The position numbers and the translations under genes were made by a program. DNA of 63,219 nucleotides, counting the filler, from Octopus bimaculoides (lineage: Eukaryota): the NCBI RefSeq assembly GCF_001194135.2. It is 7 parts of 7 records of this genome, joined end to end, with 100 filler letters (N's around TTAATTAATTAA, not from the genome) between each part and the next. Parts side by side here need not be neighbours in the genome. Positions count along the whole stretch, not along the records: positions 1 to 6,875 come from NC_068994.1; positions 6,976 to 28,081 come from NC_068984.1; 5 more parts are not named here. The stretch is one strand, 5' to 3'. Below the pieces are notes generated by a model. It did no database searches and was not told the DNA's origin. It saw only the letters and a program-made list of their open reading frames with translations. Positions 1 to 12,719 of this stretch are shown piece by piece (the first letter of the stretch is position 1; each line of letters opens with the position of its first letter).

Positions 1-353
1 CCATCGGAGGAGCGATGCATACCCTGCGCACAAGGATAAAATCAAATTAAATTTAATAAATATATTCCCAGACGAATTCATATTTCAATAGAACGACGTC
101 AAGAATTATTTCCCCTGCTTATCGTGTATGTATATGTAACGAATAAAAAAAAAACATTTTGATTCACCCGTCTGCCAGTTTTGAAGATAGTCAAACCAGA
201 ATTTAATGAGTTTGAGCCATTCACCCAATGAGTATTTCTGCCAAATTTGGTGAAAATCCGTTCAGCTGTTTTCCAGTAATTTTGCAAACACACAGACAAA
301 CAGACCATAACAAACAGACCGATACCTTGTTTTCACTTACGCGCGCAGGATAA
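1..353 (+). mobile_element. Non-autonomous Helentron/HINE (DINE-1-like) element, partial
   Basis: Contains the ccaaatttggtgaaaatccgttcagc block followed by acagacaaacagac microsatellite-like units and a gcgcgcaggataa end, a layout typical of DINE-1/HINE elements. Family assignment is by resemblance only. Confidence 0.4.
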
Positions 354-435
354 ATATTACACGATTCAAAATGTTTCTGTGTATCATGGTATCAGTAACT
401 AAAAAAGGAATAGCTCAAGAAATGCCTCAATCAGG

Positions 436-790
436 TTTTTCGCATTAACTGCGGATGAAACAAAGAGCTTTTCAGAACTGAACAGTTCTTACTTATTCTG
501 CGCTATCTATGAAACATTTATTGGATATCAAGCAGGTTTTGAACAAGACACTGAATAGCTTCTGCAGTGCATGTTGTCGGTATCGAACTCTAGTTGTGTT
601 GATGTCTATGTCCTACACGATGTCATGATGGTGTTTCGGTCGTTATTAAAAAATATAGCTGATTTTCAAGTGAAGCTGCGTGCCATTGTCCCATGTGGAG
701 TCTGTGTTCATTGACATATCGACTCAACCTGGTAGTAGATGACAGCGGAAAAAATATGTAGCAGTACTTAGCATTTGAAACCACGTCAAC
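436..790 (+). mobile_element. Degenerate hAT transposase, catalytic region fragment (ZMYM/Tip100-like)
   Basis: Manual translation across frameshifts gives FFALTADETKS / TEQFLLILRY / ETFIGY / CHDGVSV / VH*..RLNLVVDD. These match the hAT motifs ADETxDxSxxEQ, YDGA and HCxAHRLNL. Confidence 0.75.
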
Positions 791-1382
791 CCAGTAACAA
801 ATGATGGCCACAAAATATCAGGTGATCTTAGACTACATTTTAGCCAATCGCTGTCGTGGTGCGTTTGTGTGAGTGTCAAGAGTAATGGAAATAGATATTC
901 CATACAGTTAGTTTCGCGCCAAGTTATGGTTATAATTTGACATGCGCGGAAGATACAAATTAGAGACAGAGGGAGAGAGGGAAGGAAGGAACGAACGAGA
1001 GCGAGCAGTTGCAGAGGGCAGTAGAGATAGTTTTCTTGGTAAACTGTCCGTAATGCTACTTTGGCCTCGTGTCAGAAGACCACCTCACCAAACATGAAGA
1101 CTCACACTAAACATAGATTCTCACACAAGTTACTAGCATTCAACATAATATGAAACATAATAAGCAGCCTAAGCAATGTTAAATCTCTGAACGAGGTATT
1201 AACAGTAACTGCACGACAAGGTGAAGTATATTTGCCACTTAAATGTGGCTGACCCCTAAGGGTGGATGTTACTGTTGCTTTTAGCCCCAGGAGAACATCT
1301 CCTCCAGCTGGCTATTGACACACATCTGTGTCCTGTCTGTATTTGCAAAGGGAAGTCATCCTTCCCATCTTGATCTGCGATA

Positions 1383-1427
1383 CGTACGGACTCGAGTTTC
1401 TGGGTATTTACCCGTCCTCAGCGTACG
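1383..1427 (-). ncRNA. Minimal type I hammerhead ribozyme, intact core
   Basis: Minus strand reads CGUACG CUGAGGA C GGG UAAAUA CCC A GAAAC UCGA GUC CGUACG: 6-bp helix I, CUGANGA/GAAA core, GUC cleavage triplet, palindromic helix III ACUCGAGU. Confidence 0.75.
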
Positions 1428-1536
1428 ACAATCGCCGACCTTCGATGCGAAAGATTTCCCGATGCAAATACATATATCTTTTTCCAGTGAAATTATTCAC
1501 TGATCTCGAAAAAGTGAAAACTTGCATTCCTACTAA

Positions 1537-1783
1537 GATGCTTTCTATGAACTGTTCAAACTGCTTCAAATTGCTCTAACACTTCCCAGAAGCAGTGAAA
1601 CTTGTGAATTCAAATTTCTCAAGCTGCTGATGATCAAGAGTTCTCTGAGGAATTCAGTGGTAGACAACAGACTGGACAATTTAAGCACATTTGTTATGAT
1701 AAAACAACTGAAGATCTGAATTTTCATGAATTTGTCCTTCGTTTCGTGACAAACTTCGTAACAGAAGAAATGCTATTGCGTAG
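1537..1783 (+). mobile_element. hAT transposase C-terminal dimerisation domain remnant
   Basis: Translates as DAFYELFKLLQIALTLPRSSETCEFKFLKLLMIKSSLRNSVVDNRLDNL, matching the LTLPxSSxxCERxFSxLxxIKxxLRNxxxDxRL consensus; frameshifted afterwards. Confidence 0.8.
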
Positions 1784-2029
1784 GCTGTGTCACTGTAATA
1801 GTTGTTGCAATCTGCCATGTCTCATTCTTTTTATTTATTGTAACATTACTTTTAAACTGAGAGGCAACTTCGAATTTGATTTATTATTCTCTTACATGTT
1901 TCAGTCATTTGACTGCGGCCATACTGGAGCACCACCTTAATTATATTTATTAAAAAACAACTCATACTTTTACTTATATAATTTGCTCGCTAATTATGAC
2001 TGAATTTGGTTTATTACATTTATGTGAAA

Positions 2030-2300
2030 ACACGAGGCCTAGTGATTAAGATTTTGCACTCATGATCACAAGATCATGGTTTCTATTCTCAGTCCGGAGG
2101 TGCGTTGTGTTTTTGAGAAAAAAAACTTCATTTCACGTTGTTCCAGTTCACTCAGCAGTAAATGGGTAACCCTGCAGGGAGCTGGCGTCCCGTTCAGGAG
2201 GTATGTTGGCCTGTCCGCCTAGCCAGCAGGGGGCAGCATTCTAAAGCTTACAGCAATGCGAGAAAGCGCATTGTGACCAGCAGTGTGTAATAACATCGAT
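2030..2300 (+). mobile_element. tRNA-derived SINE (diverged)
   Basis: A-box-like ggcctagtgattaag and B-box-like ggtttctattctc head; body similar to the copies at 34712 and 61490. Confidence 0.6.
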
Positions 2301-3339
2301 ATGGTGAGTATTACATAAATTTTGCTTGTCTTCATAGTTTTCTGGCTGAATCTTACTCAAGTTGGCAAGAAACAGTGGCGCCGCCACTGATCAAAGATGG
2401 AGTACTTTTGACTATAGGTTTGTTGAATCAAATCTGGTCTGGAGCTAGACACTAATAACAGCTAGCAATAGACCTGTAGCGAGGCTTCTGCTAAGTTTTC
2501 AACCATCACTCCGACTTTCGCAGTTCAGAACCTCGATCTACTGAATCATCATAGAAAGCAATGTGTCGCTATAAAATGGCATTGATGCCTATACGAATAT
2601 AGCTCGACCAATCATTACTGGCTGATTTGTTATGGTTGATGCGGTAAACTTCAAAAGGAGTGTGCGAGTTTTCTCACCAATTAAATTGATCAATGTTTCC
2701 GGAAAATTTGGCTTACGGTTATAAAAAGTTAGCGACTTCAACTTCATATTAGATCTACTCATCATTCCATACTAAACTATGTTACTCTACTCAGTGAGTT
2801 GGTCTCTAACTCTTTCACTTTTTCTTACTCTACGTACTAGGATCGTATTCGACAAAAGCACCAACCTTGAACTGTAGTGTCGAATCATGCACATTGATTA
2901 TCTGTAGTAGTTTTAACTCCTACTTGTGAACTACTTTCATAATATTGTCCAGCAAGTTGAATCCAAGAAAATTCCTAATTATTATGTTCGTTGTTTCATG
3001 AACACTGTTCTATTAAATTATTATGTACATTAGATTATATCTATACTTATTTATATGTGCATGCAATTGTAAACGATCTGGGTTAATAGAATAAATGACC
3101 ATTCAAATAAATATTAATGTGGTCATCTTTGTCTTCACGCGAGGCTTACCAAATAATGTGAACTACCAACGAAGAATTTATGACTAAACACCACACTAGA
3201 GACTCATCTGAGCTAACAAAGAAACTTCTACGCTAGTGTTTCTCAAACGGATTCCTCGGAATCTTTGAGCTCCACGAGAGGTCATAATGGTTTTTGCAAG
3301 AAATAACGATAAACAGGCTAATTATATACAGCTGCATTT

Positions 3340-3835
3340 ATGGATCATTTATAACTAGCTTAAAAGCCGCACTCCTATTAGAGAGAGAGCTAAATAGCAT
3401 GACTGTAATACGTCTATGACCATATGCTCCGGTGGTGTTTGATCAGAGGTTAAGACGGATGAGAATTAATTCTGCAATGCAATCATTCTACTGTTCCAAT
3501 TCCAACTGTTGGCCAATTTGTTCCAAAGTTCTTATCTCGAAGTAAAATTAACGAAGCGAATGTCATTTATCTTCCCCTTAATCTCTGACGTCATCTGACA
3601 AACGCCATCAAGATGGCGTCAATCAACCAAGCTTCACCTGCCAGAAATAGCAACCCAACTACTTTAAAATCAGATCCCAATGCCGGATGTTCAAGAACAC
3701 TATGAAAGGCAGATTTCCAATCCCGGGACCATCCTGATTTTAACAAGGTGTAATATGTATATGTTAGAGCAAATGTAGGCTGAGACACAAGGGACCCAGA
3801 CGGACAGACAGAATTTCACTTTTAGTATTATAGAT
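3340..3835 (+). mobile_element. Helentron/HINE-like non-autonomous element
   Basis: Starts taactagc, has an internal hairpin acgccatc-aa-gatggcgt and ends acggacagacagaatttcacttttagtattatagat. Confidence 0.4.
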
Positions 3836-4777
3836 TAAGGTGGTAAGCTGTCAGAATTATTGACAAGCTGAACAACATACTCAGCGCATGTCCGTCCTTA
3901 CATTCTGGCGTCACATTCTTCAAGGTCGATTATACCTTTCATTCATACGGATTCGGTAAAATAAGTATCAATTGAACAATGCGGCTGAAGACATCGACTA
4001 TAGCCCTTCCCTCCAAAATTTCAAGCTTTGTGCCTATAGTAGAAGGGGAAAAGATTTATATTTGTAATCTTATTTTATACACAGCATATTCTATACCTGG
4101 CATCTTTAGGTTGTAAGGAAGCTCAGCGGGAGGTAGGAAAAAGACCTAAAAAAAGAGAATTATAAGGGAATTTGGTCTAAACAAAGTTTTAATCAAAACG
4201 AAATTTCTGTATCCTCCTTTATGGTGTATGGTGGATTTAAACTGTTAACTTTTCGAAACAGTTTTATGATTTGTATAATCTCTTATGAGATTTAACTTAT
4301 GAAAGAGAAAGAGAAACTACAATAAAGATATACAACTTTTTTATGTAAGGGTTCTCTGATAGAGGAAATGTTTTTCAAAGGTTCTGCAAGAGTAATACAA
4401 GGGTTGGGAAGCATTACTTTGCGCTGTCACTGTATCTGTTATTATACATACGTATTTTTTTTTCTAGAGCCCCAAGACTCATAAGGTCGTTTACTCTATT
4501 TTCACGGCATGTAAATGATCAACATCATAACAATCTCACTGAACGAGACGCCGATCTGCCGCAGGATTCAAAACCAGTAATTTTTTAAGATAGAGGGAAG
4601 TCGTTTACATCGATTACAATATTTGACTGGTAATTTATTTCTTAGCCATCGGAACGCAAAGCGCTCCTCACGACCGCAGGTCCGTGAGATGCTTGTGACT
4701 TGTAAACAGTTTTGAGTAGGAACCAGAAAGAAAAATATGAACACGCAATGCACATGTGCACACTGGATTCGTAAAAC

Positions 4778-4866
4778 GCTCTTAACCACTACGCCATATG
4801 CATAGTGGTTAAGAGCGCGGGTTACTAACCCTAAGACATAATTCCTCATCTTTTAAATATAGAACT
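4778..4866. mobile_element. Head-to-head tRNA-SINE 5' ends plus internally deleted SINE tail
   Basis: 14-bp inverted repeat gctcttaaccacta (4778-4791) / tagtggttaagagc (4803-4816) formed by two A-box heads. The tail aattcctcatc..aaatatagaact resembles 17196-17226. Confidence 0.55.
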
Positions 4867-5939
4867 ATATTAAATAAAATTATTAGAAACTTAAATTCTA
4901 CATTATTGGGTTCACGGACAGTTTCTTGGCACCAATGCATTGCTAAAGACCATAAAAAAAGCAGTAGGAAAGGTGCACCATTGAGACATCACATAAGACA
5001 TATGTTTAACAAGTTATATGATGGTCGGCATGCCATGTCTTACACTACTGTCATGCAGCTTGCTGCAATTTTCTTGTTTTTATATATTTTTATAAACATA
5101 TATTAAAATAAATCGTTAATTTATTTTAACGATTTTGAAGGGATGAAACAAAGTTGGCCTCAGTGGATTTATTTCTAATAATGGTTTCTGCATGAAATTC
5201 GCATTTTAATAGACTATTCCATTGTGCCTGTCTTGTTCTTCCATATTAGCTTCTGGTTGGTCTTGATCCAGCAAGCAGATCCCTAGAATCAAAACAGTTT
5301 CAGTAATAACTTGACTGCTATCTCTAGCAGACCGAATGATCCCGTAGAGGATTCCTCGTTGGCTGAGATAAATCTCTCGCTAGCTGTTGCTGTTTCTTAG
5401 CTTCAATCGGCTCTAATCCAGTAAACCTGTGACCAAAGGCAACCTAACCATGACAATTCTGATTTTTCTTTCTTTTTATTAGTTTGTACAAGGTAAAAAG
5501 CAATGCTCATGACCCATTACAGTGTCTCCAAGACTGGTGTGAGTGGGGAAGAGGATATTTTCAAACTGGAATGCTTAAGAGAGTGAAACCGTTAAAGAAA
5601 CCAAAGGTTGCCAAGTAATGGTGTTAAACCGAGAGAAGGATAAAATCTATCACCCAACTAGGCCAGAACGAGATTTGCACTCAGATTACCAAGAGCCGGA
5701 ACAAGTACTACAAGACATCCAGTCCGACGTTCTTATAGATGTGCCAATCCAGCCACCGCCTTGTGTTGGCAAAATTGACCTCGGTGGGATTTGAACTCAC
5801 TGCGTAGAGAGTTAGAACAAATACCACAAAACATTCTGTCTGAAGTTCTAACGACTCTGTCAATTTACATAGAATTAATCAGATGTTGAATTTCCAGTTT
5901 TGAAAAACTTCGATTTTGGAACCTATAATTTTATTCCTT

Positions 5940-6135
5940 TATTGCCAACAGGGGACTAAGTATAGAGGGGACAAACAAAGACAGACAAAGGGATTAAGTC
6001 GATTACATCGACCCTGCGTAACTGGTACTTATCTAATCGATCCCAAAAGGACGAGAGACAAAGTCGACCACGGCGGAATTTGAACTCAGAACGTAAAGAC
6101 AGACGAAATACCGATTTCTTTATTACCCATAAAGG
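5940..6135 (-). mobile_element. tRNA-derived SINE (gagttcaaattccgcc family)
   Basis: Reverse complement carries ttctgagttcaaattccgccgtggtcgact..ggtcgatgtaatcgact, shared with many copies in the window. Confidence 0.8.
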
Positions 6136-6339
6136 GCTATACAAAGAATTTTTAAGACATCACAAAACATAAAGACAGTACAAAACGCAACAAACATAAA
6201 ATCGGGGTAATTAAATAAAATGATAATATGCAAGGATGAAAAAATGAGGTGCAATGTCCACTCGACCCCCGAAGTCGGGTGGTTACATTTATCCAGTTTT
6301 TCACTTTTACGTTCAACGTCATGTAAACATTTTAACGGT

Positions 6340-6875
6340 TCTGTAACTCAAAAAATTCAAACACTCATGTTACCTTTCTCCCATTAATCATTGTTACTTC
6401 CGTCCTTATCAACTGCAAATAATCAGTCCTAGAGGGTGGTGTCTCTACCAACCATACCCGTTTCGTTATTATATTTTTACCAAGTTCTTTATGTACTCCC
6501 AGTAGTTTTCCTCATGTATCAAAATGCATTTCTCAGCACATTTCTCTGGCATCTTCACTGTTATTGTTTCCTCCAACCTCTCGACTTTTCTCTCCATCTG
6601 CTCGCAATTCTCGTACTTTATCAAAAACCCCTTGTATTTGACATCTTTCTCCGTTCTCTCCTCATCTTCTTGTACATTATTAGTTTCTGGCTTTTCTATC
6701 TCTTTTTTGTTTTCTGTTGACCGTTCCTTTGACTTATTTTTCTTTCACTTTTTAGGGTTAGTAGCTCCATTTTCGTTCTCCTTTGTTTTCTCTATTTCAC
6801 ACTTCTGTCTCTCTTTCATTTCCTCAGTGTGGTCTACAATGTTTACCTCCTCTGCTTGTGCTTTCTCTTGCTGTG
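6340..6875 (-). mobile_element. Degenerate K/E-rich reading frame, probably LINE ORF1 C-terminus
   Basis: One minus frame runs about 180 codons with only four internal stops (QQEKAQAEEVNIVDHTEEMKERQKCEIEK...VWLVETPPSRTDYLQLIRTE). Identity is inferred. Confidence 0.35.
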
Positions 6876-6975
6876 NNNNNNNNNNNNNNNNNNNNNNNNN
6901 NNNNNNNNNNNNNNNNNNNTTAATTAATTAANNNNNNNNNNNNNNNNNNNNNNNNNNNNNNNNNNNNNNNNNNNN
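6876..6975. other. Artificial assembly linker 44N-TTAATTAATTAA-44N
   Basis: Exact 100-bp structure; the 12-mer is palindromic with TAA stops in all six frames. Recurs at 28082, 39422, 49727, 55846 and 57942. Confidence 0.95.
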
Positions 6976-7800
6976 GTGCAACCCATATCCATGAGGGCTT
7001 GTGCTTCTCTTGCCCCCACCATAAGCCTCACTACAGGCAATGTATGGTGGTGTGCCTTCAATCGGTCGTGGCTGCATCAGAAATACACCACCATTGGCCT
7101 TCAGTTCTGTGCATTCCCTGACCATGTATGGTCCTCGACATCTGAAGTATATGGTCCCCTGTCCGTTTACCTTGCCAGACTCTTGCTGTTGTTGTTTGCT
7201 GCCTGTCTCGTCGTCCCATTTGTAACTGCTGTCACTGTTGCTGCTATGTCACGAGTGTCGCTTTGCAACAACACCCATGATTTGTTGATCATCTCTCCTA
7301 CTGAGATTGTTTTGATGCCCAGATGTATGGCTGGGGAAACCGGTCACAAAAGCTAGCTTCACCATCTGCTCCATCGCTGTCCCAGTAAATCCTGCTTAGG
7401 TCACTAACCTCCTAATCTTGCTCTTGCAATCATCTTTCTGCTTCCCAGTCCATCTCACTCTCATGAGCTTGCTGTAAGCTTTAAAAGCGTCCTTAAGCCG
7501 CTCTTCAATTTTTTCTGCTTTCTCTTGATCTGCCTCATTCATCTCCAGATAGAGATTGAGTACACTGCCTTCTAAGTACAAAGGCATAAGGCTAACCACA
7601 TCTATTCCCTGCAGCTTCGCCATGAGTCTCACCTTCTTTATCCAGGCCATCACATTGCCTTCCCCAGTGAATGGTCTCAACACATCACTACCGATTCTGA
7701 TTTTTGTGGCTATTGCAAAAAAGAAAAATGAAGAACAAGAGCAACAGAAAAATATAAAAAATCCACTTCTTGGACGTATCCTCACAGCTGGTAACAACAT
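6976..7800 (-). mobile_element. Ty3/Gypsy LTR retrotransposon gag-protease remnant
   Basis: Gag N-terminus LRPFTGEGNVMAWIKKVRLMAKLQG..LYLEG, degenerate zinc knuckle YFRCRGPYMVREC, and aspartyl-protease-like ALMDMGCT at the contig edge. Confidence 0.8.
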
Positions 7801-8094
7801 ACCAAAATAGCTTGTGGTTTGAAGGCATGTAAAGTCGCTCTTACTTTGACTTGCAATAGGGTACTGCCGGTAGATTGTTCAATTCTTAGCACGTGTTGTC
7901 ATGACCTCTCTATTGCCATGTCTTTCCTCTGTTGCAGATAGCATGAAAAAGGGGGAATCTTTTCTTCTTACTTGCTTACATGACATCGTCTCTCCCAGTT
8001 TCGGTTTTCCTTCCACCACAAAAATGACTATGCTAGGAGACATTTGGACAGAATTCTTGTTCAAGCAACCCATATAACCCTTATCTTTTATCTT

Positions 8095-8290
8095 TTACAA
8101 GTTTCAGTCATTAGACTGTGGCCATGTTGGGGTACCACCTTCAGGAATTTTAGTCAAGTGAATTGACCCCTGTACTTACGTTTTGTAAAGTCTGGTACTT
8201 ATTCTATTAGCCCCTTTTGCTGAACTGCTAAGTTACAGGGATGCAAATACACCAACACTGGTTGTCAAGTGGTGGTGGGGGCATATAGAC
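8095..8290. mobile_element. SINE (tttcagtcatttgactgcggcc family)
   Basis: Homologous to 1897-1940, 32700-33080, 48030-48350, 50072-50270 and 59395-59580. Confidence 0.75.
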
Positions 8291-9091
8291 ACAAACACAC
8301 GCACACACACATATATATTTTGTGAATTTTCCGAAGTCCTCGCCCCACCCACTTGGAAAAGATTTTCCCCACAAATTTCTTTATAATCGTAATGTATGCC
8401 GTTTGAAAAGTATTTCTATACAATTTCATTGAAAAAAACCCCATTTCTTAAAAGTTATGAGGGAAAAGCTCGGATCTTGTGAATTTTCGGAAGTCCTCTC
8501 CGCACCCTCTCGTTGCTTTGCGCGCATTTTTTTTTCATATTCGTTTCCTACATATTGTTTTACATCCATNNNNNNNNNNNNNNNNNNNNNNNNNNNNNNN
8601 NNNNNNNNNNNNNNNNNNNNNNNNNNNNNNNNNNNNNNNNNNNNNNNNNNNNNNNNNNNNNNNNNNNNNNNNNNNNNNNNNNNNNNNNNNNNNNNNNNNN
8701 NNNNNNNNNNNNNNNNNNNNNNNNNNNNNNNNNNNNNNNNNNNNNNNNNNNNNNNNNNNNNNNNNNNNNNNNNNNNNNNNNNNNNNNNNNNNNNNNNNNN
8801 NNNNNNNNNNNNNNNNNNNNNNNNNNNNNNNNNNNNNNNNNNNNNNNNNNNNNNNNNNNNNNNNNNNNNNNNNNNNNNNNNNNNAAAAACATATTTCCTG
8901 AAATTGCAAATTATTTAAAATATAAAAATATAATTTTCAACAGAGAGAATTTATCAAAATAGAAAACAAATGAAGTTTGAAGTTTAAAAATAATAGGATC
9001 GACCACTCACGACTAGCTAGCTCGGACGCGCGAACTTTCGAGTAATAGATAGAGAGAGACAGACAGACAGACATATAGCTCGCTCCGGCCA

Positions 9092-9210
9092 GTCATGGTA
9101 TTAGCTGTCAGTAGCCAAAGAATCGACAGGCCAGCAACAGGCATGCAGGCAGACAGACAGATACTTCACTAGCAGTGAGCACTTTCACTTCTGACAGCTA
9201 ATAGCATGAC
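9092..9210. repeat. 20-bp inverted repeat pair upstream of PDSS2
   Basis: gtcatggtattagctgtcag (9092-9111) versus ctgacagctaatagcatgac (9191-9210), one mismatch. Confidence 0.8.
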
Positions 9211-10153
9211 AGTGCCTTTTCATTTCCGGGTCAAGATGTAAATATTAACCAACCAAAATTTTCATAATCGTATAAATTCTTATGTGTAGAACACAGATTT
9301 TCTGAAAATTTCATGTAATTACGTTATGAGGGGATATATGGGATGCATAAATCAGAATTCCACTGGCATGTGATGAATTTCGATTTTCGATCGTCATTAT
9401 AATCACTAGGTGATGTGACAGATGTTTTGTTTTATGTGGATGTTGTTTTGTTTTTCGACACACACAAGTTATCAAGTAACGAAGCAACAATAGCAAAATT
9501 TCAAATAGAATAAAATAAAATAAACCCGATAAAGTTGTTTAAATGCAATGGGATAAGTTACTCGTCGCAAGTAACTACTAGGATTATTTAAAGAATATGA
9601 CTTTTTAAAAAATAAAACACAAAGAAATTATATTTTAGAAGGTTAAACAGGTTATTGCAACGTTCATACTTTTCCCAAGACCATCAACAACGTAGACTTA
9701 ATTCAACAGGAATCGAAACCAATTTTCGGACACAGTTCGTTGTGTACTGGCCTGAGTTTGATACCACAACAGTATTTACTACAATATAAAACGTACAGAT
9801 AGGTAAACAGGAAATAAACGTAAAAGAAACCAAAGGGTTCCAGATGTATTAAGTCTGTGCATAAATATATTCACTCACTCAACTACTTCGGTTAAGAAGG
9901 AAACAGACATCCTCTTGCACTTTTAGAGAATTTAGGCCTCTTACATCGTCAATGTATTATCAAAGATTGATGTTTTATCGTTTAAAAAATCCTGGAATAA
10001 ATTTTAGTGCATATTAACGATTTTAAACAATTTATAAAAATCCATATTTCCATTTTTCTTATTTTCTTTCGTTTGCTTTCCATTGACTACAGAAGCAAAT
10101 AAAAATTGAATTGTTTATAATTTGTTTATGACTTAAGGGGTGTTAATTAGCGG

Positions 10154-10485
10154 ATGACCTTCCAGTCCACACGTGTTTTTCTTGTTGACAATATGAACTG
10201 TTTGGTTTCTAAGTTTAAGCCCGTCATTCCTTCTAAATGGCACCACCTTACATTACTATGTCCAGCTCAAAGAAGTAGAAGTATCCTGGTGAATAGCATG
10301 ATTTCTACCTGGCGTTCAAATTCCAATTCTGATTGGAAGAAAGCTGTGTCTGAAGCTGAAAAGGTGGTTGGATACCCTACCTCGTTTTTAAGTCTCAGGT
10401 ACCTTCTGAGCGATGAACTGTCTAATGTTGCCCTTCAGATGAGAAAATTAGTCGGAACTCGTCACCCGTTGTTAAAGACAGCCAA
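10154..10485 (+). CDS. PDSS2: Decaprenyl-diphosphate synthase subunit 2, coding exon 1 (includes probable mitochondrial presequence)
   Basis: [50 protein letters not shown] matches the PDSS2 N-terminal conserved block; ends AA|GTGAG, phase 2. Confidence 0.95.
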
Positions 10486-12719
10486 GTGAGTTCTATATCA
10501 GCTCTGTTAACTATAATCTATTTAGGTTTCTCTTTCAGAATGTCTTACCGTTCCTTAGTGTTCTTTACGACTCTATCTCTCTTTTCCTTGTCATGTAAAA
10601 TAAAGGTAAACAATGTCTCGCTGCTAAAGTGTTTTAAAATTACTCATTAATTTAATTTAGTGAAAAACGAGAGTATAATGGATTTTATCAATTAAGCAAG
10701 ACCCGGTATCCACGGAAACCGGTGATGGTCTACATTCACATAAGTTAACTTCAATATGTCCACTGTATGGAAATAACAAAAAATACAGTGAGATAATGCG
10801 AAGCGTGAAATATCCCACGTTGCGGCGCTTGTTTTTATTCGGAGAGACACAAAGTTCATTATTTAGTTACGCTCTTCTTGGTCCTAAGTTCAAAAGCCAC
10901 GCTTCTTCGCTTCCTCATCGGCATAGTATGTAATTTTTTTTGGTCTTTTGACACTCCTCAAAATAGACTGTCATTTCCCCCCCATGCAATATCTTAGTGT
11001 GTAAGAAAAAAAAATCCCTTCAAACTTTGACATTCTTTTATTATGGAATGTGGTTTAATAACGAAGAAGCAACTAAAAAACTACTATCATTATCAACAAA
11101 CCCTTTAGTTGTGTCTAGCACGAAGACATTGGTCCTAAGATGTTCGCTGGGTTCCACCTGTTTCTTCTTTTTCTTTGCTTTTGTTTGATAATACCAATTT
11201 TGCCAGGTCACTCTTTTGCAGTGTGCCTTGTTGGGGATGTTTCCGACTCACTTATAAACTCTGCCGATCTCTAAGGATCGGTTACATAATCCATTCTGCG
11301 AATCAGTGATATGCTCATTGTTATATTTAATAACATACATCCTATGCCGATGATACCGCCTTCTGTTTTTTCGTAATTATGAACCTTCTATGTGATTGAT
11401 CAACCTACTATAGATTGATCAATCCACTATAGATTGACCAAATCTCCCTCAAATCATACTCGACTATTTAGAAAATATGATATTGGATAATGTGGTCCTA
11501 GGTTCCTTGCACATAGAAAAAAAGACGGGTTGGTCACAATTAGAATGCTTTTGATGATAGGTCTACTCGATCAGAGGTAACATGGGGCTAAAGAACAACA
11601 ATAAGAACATCTCCCTCTGTTGTCCTGTAATCCCTTACCACTGCTTCGAACGGTTTGTTAACTCTCTCTGTTTATACTAACTTTGAAACTAAGCTTTTCA
11701 TTGTCTCTACCTTAGCCCACCCAATGTACGAGTCTTTCTTCTCATCTTGCTACTGTTTCTCATTCCCTATATTCTTTATTAAATGTTTTATCTTATTCTA
11801 GGGAAATGCTATAACTCCTCTCACCTTGTACACACGTTTTTGTTGTGTAGTCTCAAATCTGAGTGAGCAGATGAGTGGAAGATGGGTGGTTGACTGAACT
11901 ATTAGATGCAACCCACTTATATATTCTAGCTATAACATGCATCTGCTGAGGGCCATACTTCCTATTACACCAGACTGTAAGAGATGCAGTGTGGTTACTT
12001 GTATACTTGACACGTTCTAGTCCAGCCTTTTTTTTTAATCTTCAATCAAGCAGGTCTTTGATGAAAGGCAATTTAACTATGAGCATCTCATCTCTGATTA
12101 CATTATCCTATATTGTTTTAAAAAAGAAATTTTTGGAAAATTTATCAATAAAATGTATTGAAACTATAAAATGAATGAATGATTATGCTGATCTATATGG
12201 CTGAGGGTTGGGTATTTCAGACATAGGTACCACTCTTTCTCACATACTGTAGTCTTGTGCTGCACTCATACACTTTGCTATAGTCTACCCCGTTTAGACT
12301 TTGATGTCGTTGCTCTATCTTTATGTCTGTTGCCTGTGAGCCCATTTTCTAGTTATCCATCTCCTGAGGATGTAGGTACAGAGGTTCAGGACTCTGATAA
12401 CATGGCCAAAATATTGCAGTTTTTGCTGCCTGGCCATCATCACTCACTTTTATTCTACTTCCATCTGCTTCAGGATTAAATCATTCATTTTGCAGGTCAC
12501 TCAACTGATCCACAGGTTTACCTGTTGTATGTCATCTCAAATGTGCTTAGTTGCTCGGTGTCTGTTACCCTTAGGTCCTTATTTTATATTTTATCATCAT
12601 ACAATGCTTTTGGCCAGACCAGGGCTTTTAGAAGTTTCAGTCTGATGTTTTGCTGAGGTTGCAGTCTCTAGATATTGTATTGAATGACTGATTTAATCAC
12701 TGATGTATAGTAAATATCT

